A stretch of 64,000 bases of DNA from Phoronis australis (lineage: Eukaryota; Animalia; Phoronida): contig NMRA01000145.1 in the NCBI GenBank assembly GCA_002633005.1, positions 718,973-782,972 on the forward strand, in the 5' to 3' direction. Of this stretch, positions 60,101-64,000 are shown in pieces (position 1 is the stretch's first letter; every line of letters begins with the position of its first letter). Below the pieces are notes generated by a model. It was not told the origin of the DNA. It worked only from the letters and a program-made list of their open reading frames with translations, and did no database searches. A program made the position numbers and the translations under genes.

Positions 60101-63100
60101 TCCATCACTGGTAGACTGGTAACAGTTTAACGCAAAAACATCCTTTGTTTCACTAGTGAACATTATCTACCTTAATCAGATGGGAAGCAAAAAAGCATAA
60201 GTCACGAAATTTCAAATTAACTGTTGCTTCAGCCGCAAGCAGTGCAAAAAGCACCATTGCTTTTTTACCGACTGGAGCCGTCACATCTTGCCATATTTGT
60301 TTATTTAACACACGCCCACTAGACATCTCTACGGTCCATGAAACAGCAATGTCCGCCAGTGGCCGTCCAATGGGATTTCGCTGGGTGATTTGTCTCCCTC
60401 TCCACAGGCGTCCTCAACTTCTGATCGTCCCCAATACACTATACATGTACACTATACACGTACACACACACACACACACACATGTACATGTGTGTGTGTG
60501 TGTGTGTACGTGTACGTGTACATGTACATGTATAGTGTATTGGGGACGGTCAGAAGCTGATGACGCATGTCGCTCACTACGGTCTCTGGTCATAGCGATA
60601 ACTTCGATATCGCTGTTAAGTGGGACAGGAAAGCAAAGTTTTAGCATTGCTTCTTTAGACCTAAGTTCCCTTAATGAGAAAGCGTCGTTAATTTTTTTTT
60701 GGATTAATAATAACATAAATTTAAGGAATACTTCCCAATTTTGATTATTCTCTCATCTTGACTAATTTCATAATGCCATGTTAATCTAATCACAAACTTT
60801 CAATGTTTTACCTGAAAAATTTAAAAGGAAACACAGAAATCGGCCAATTGTGTACACATTGCAATCAACTGGTGGTCAATCTGTGCATACTTCAGAGCCC
60901 TGAGCTTAAAACACTATTACTATATCACACTGATGGAGCATGCTCAGTATTGCATTTTCATTTTTCAAGAGTTTTCCAGGAGTTGCATTTTTCATGAAAA
61001 TTTTCACTCAATCAATAATTATCCCATAGAAAGTATCCACTAAAAATTTTCCGTGTGAAAATTTCCACGCGTTTTTATCCGCGTCGATTTCTCATGGAAA
61101 GTATTTTGTCACTATCCAAGGTTTCATTTTTTTCAAGTAGACTGCAAAGTTGAATAGCCTCATCCCCATGGCCTCAGCCCTCACCTGTTTAATAAAGTCC
61201 AGGGGAAGGACCTTGCCACCACACTTGTTGTGAGTGTTTTCCAAGCAAACCACCCTAGTACGCGTCTGATGGAGGCCTGCACTAGACGTTTGTATTGTCT
61301 CCTTCAGTTCGTCTATACTAAACGTGCCGTCCTGCTTGTTTAGAATAGTGCGAGGGTTAACGCCACCTACCTGCACAGACAACAATTCTCCTATTAAGGT
61401 TACGCAGGAAATGGCCGAAATTTAATTTGGTTTACTTCGGAACATCATATATCAGAAATGGCCGACTGGATTCATATGAAACTCTTAGATAGGCTTACAG
61501 TACATAAGGCGCTGTTCTCCATAAAGATGACAGAAAATGTTTTTGAAACGTTCCACTTCTGCATGACAGATTATCACAAAATAGAAGCGTTATGATTTTT
61601 GTGGAAAAACTCAAAAGTTGTACGAGATGAAAGTGAAATGATACCTTAGAAAACTTTTACAGCGTTTTTGAGACTCATTTCATCTCGACCATTTCAAATT
61701 GCATCAAGTGAAGTTTGGTCATGTTATTGATCCTGTTGGTTTGATGCTTATTAATGTATCTTTCTTTCTGTTAAATTTTATCAATAGACATGCTCACATG
61801 ACCAAATTAACAGCAAATTCGTAAAAAAGGCAAAAATTAAATTCTGCGGGCATTCTGCACGTCTGTGAAAACGATGATTTGTAAAATTTTATATACTTGG
61901 CCGAAAAAATTATTAATATGGCAAGTTAGTATTTCTAATTATTAGTATTTCTAATTATTAGTATTTCTAATTATATATACGATGAGATAGATAATAGCAA
62001 TAACATTTACAAGTAGTACAGTGCACTTTAAAATGGTAAAGTGGTAAATCATGTGTACAACTGAGATAAAACTGGCAGCAAAACCAAGAGAGTGCGCATC
62101 ATATCTGGAGGATAGACTATAAAAATTACAGGTGTCCAAAAATCATGTCGCCACTCAGTAATAGAGAAATATAAACGTAAGATTTACAAAGAAATGCATA
62201 AGTTAGAAACCATGAAAAATTGTTTGAAACGCATTCCAATAGGTCAAGCAGACACAACGGCAGTGAAGCCGGCGCTCATCAAAGTGGCTGTCAACACTAA
62301 GGCAAGAGAGACTAGCTGCGACGTTATTTACCTGTATTCATTATATTGTAACTGTACTGGTCATTAGAAATGACCTTATATCGCCTACCTCCGTCTCCTT
62401 TTCATCTCTGGTAACGAGCTTGCGACGCGCGTATCATTTATCTATTATTCGGGACATATGTCGATCATAAAAGACCATTCTTGGCGGAAATGGAATTTTG
62501 CAGAAATTAGCAGATGTGTGAAATGGAACCCACTAACTCCGCAGCAGCAGTGGAAAGCTCTACCACTGAGCCAAATCCAACGTGATCAATAGCAGAGTAT
62601 TTATGAATATTTATATGGAAAAGACACCAGTCTTGATTTCAGTGAATGGCTGGAAGACAACGGCAGGAATTGGCGATATGTAATAAAACCACATGTACAC
62701 AACAAATTTGTTATTTTGAGGTTCTCTGGTCAAACTCAAAAACTTCAATAAGTCTATTCCACTAAACAGTAATCCCCCAATTGCATTTTCGGTTGCAAAA
62801 ATGTCCCTTTAAAGTGATGGTGATGTTACATGTAATATTTATTATCAAATTTTTATGAAAGTGAAAAACTTACCTGTATGGAGTCTACCATAGAAATGAC
62901 AAAAAATTGACTATTTTATTTTGTGGTCCTCTGGTCAAAGCCAAAACTTCAATAAGTCTATTCCACTGAACAGTAATCCCCCAATTGCATTTTTCGGTTA
63001 CAAAATGTCCCTTTAAAGCAATGGTGATGGAACATGTAATTTTTATTACCAAATTTTTATGAAACTGAAAAAATTACTCGTGTGAAACAACAATAAAATA

Positions 63101-64000
63101 TGACTATTTTTGATGGCGTTGGCATGTCTCCTCATTAATGAGAGCAAAGTTTGGCGTTTTTCACACCAGATAGTCAGGCAATTCTTGAGGTATTAAATAC
63201 AAAAATACCATAATTGTCACTTTTTCAAAGGCAAGCTACCTTCCTACTGATACTGAAAATTTCAAGTGTTAATTAATGACAGATGTGTAGTGTAAACTGT
63301 CAACAACTAGAAAAAATCTTAATTATTTTTGCAGTAAATTTGACAAAACAAATGTCACTATCTACAATTCTGTGCACTAAATACATGAAAAATTACGACT
63401 TAATAAAAAGTACAGTAACCCACAAATTGAACTGAATCCTATCCGACTATTGCTTTGAGATAGATATCTGGAAATACTCCAATTAAATAAAAGGTGTAAC
63501 AGGACGTTGAACAGCTTCCCTGCAATATGTGACTTTTTTCAATTATCTTGTCCGAATTTGGTGAGATTTTACAGAATTCAAATTTTATTAAACAAAAGGG
63601 CATTTTGTCAGATTGAAAATTCCTGCAGACTCATGAGAAAATTCTAGGAAACTGGGACATTTTAATAGAAGCTTCCAACAAAGGGATCCTCTATAATCAT
63701 GATTACCTTCTAAAAGGGCAGAGAAACACACAACAACTTCCCAACTGCCAAAAAATGCACTTATAACCACAAAATTAAGATGCTGTCAATGCCAAATGCG
63801 AGTTGGATGTCAGTGGCCTTCTTCTCCTGCAGAACACGAATTTATGTGAAAATAGAGTGCACACTAAGTACAATGCTTTAGAATCAAACTGCTGGACAAA
63901 GACTTTGTGTTACAAACAGCATAGACTTTGAGACAATGACTGAGAAGAACATAGAAAAGACTTACCTGAGCTATCCCCCCTTGCTCGTACAGCACAATGT
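51172..64000 (-). CDS. THA1: Low-specificity L-threonine aldolase (GLY1/LtaE family, PLP-dependent); 5' part lies outside the window
   Basis: Exons: 63966-64000+ (HIVLYEQGGIAQ), 61185-61370 (VVCLENTHNKCGG), 59143-59280 (LHMDGARIFNA...CLSK; duplicate at 57896-58033), 54365-54420 (GLGCPVGS), 53608-53744, 52774-52895, 51172-51345 (ARMVTH...stop). Phases are consistent and the PLP lysine motif CLSK|GLG is present. Confidence 0.93.
51717..51860. mobile_element. Palindromic non-autonomous element (possibly Crypton-like)
   Basis: catgac...gaaatttcgtcaaaatcc - aaaggcttgccgag - ggatctttgacgaaatttc...gtcatg forms a long hairpin. Family assignment is inference. Confidence 0.5.
53752..53805. repeat. 11-bp minisatellite (gcaaggagaga)n forming the polypyrimidine tract of a threonine aldolase exon
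   Basis: About 4.5 copies immediately upstream (minus strand) of the acceptor at 53745-53747. Confidence 0.85.
56857..57407. mobile_element. Possible Kolobok-like MITE (TTAA flanks, AGG termini)
   Basis: ttaa|agggttata ... catagtcct|ttaa; short imperfect TIR only. Confidence 0.35.
57829..60164. repeat. About 1.1-kb duplication around a single N (59075), containing a threonine aldolase exon; probable uncollapsed haplotypes
   Basis: 57829-58933 matches 59076-60164. Exon copies are identical; introns carry scattered SNPs and small indels. Confidence 0.85.
60408..60566. repeat. Near-perfect palindrome of about 160 bp with a central (CA)n-(TG)n core
   Basis: gcgtcctcaacttctgatcgtccccaatacactatacatgtaca ... 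tgtacatgtatagtgtattggggacggtcagaagctgatgacgc. Confidence 0.9.
61926..61974. repeat. Tandem repeat, 3 x 16 bp (ttagtatttctaatta)
   Basis: Read directly from the sequence. Confidence 0.8.
62511..62578 (-). mobile_element. Degenerate tRNA-derived SINE head or tRNA pseudogene
   Basis: The minus strand reads ggatttggctcagtggtagagc...gtgggttccatt, with an A-box (TGGCTCAGTGG) and a degenerate B-box at tRNA-like spacing; no intact cloverleaf. Confidence 0.4.
62711..63080. repeat. Imperfect tandem duplication (about 165-bp unit, period about 205 bp)
   Basis: 62711-62876 matches 62916-63080 (aaaacttcaataagtctattccact...cagtaatcccccaattgc). Confidence 0.8.

Noticed and set aside
60349-60744. ORFs with HTHTH / VCVCV runs on both strands
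   Set aside because: Translation of the (CA)n/(TG)n palindrome.

Overview
Intron-rich eukaryotic genomic DNA, AT-rich, most likely from an invertebrate bilaterian (species not identifiable from sequence alone). It is a draft scaffold with a 295-N gap and three single-N contig joins. Four protein-coding genes can be built exon by exon: (1) DNAI2, outer-arm dynein intermediate chain 2 (+, 12 coding exons, 611 aa); (2) an intronless TTC22/IFIT-like TPR protein with a C-terminal TIR domain (+, about 574 aa); (3) an EFCAB6-like multi-EF-hand ciliary protein (-, 14 exons, 948 aa); (4) the 3' part of a low-specificity L-threonine aldolase (-). Mobile DNA includes a young 5'-truncated L1/Tx1-type LINE with poly(A) and an 11-bp TSD, a gag-deleted Ty3/Gypsy element with about 122-bp LTRs nested in a MITE, and many MITE and hairpin elements. 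The two most interesting signals are (a) a duplicated pair of 36-nt DNAI2 microexons ([12 protein letters not shown] / [12 protein letters not shown]) with mostly synonymous divergence and shared downstream intronic motifs, and (b) the TPR-TIR fusion, a candidate invertebrate cytosolic immune sensor/adaptor with a non-canonical TIR. Two apparent exon duplications flank single Ns and are probably uncollapsed haplotypes.
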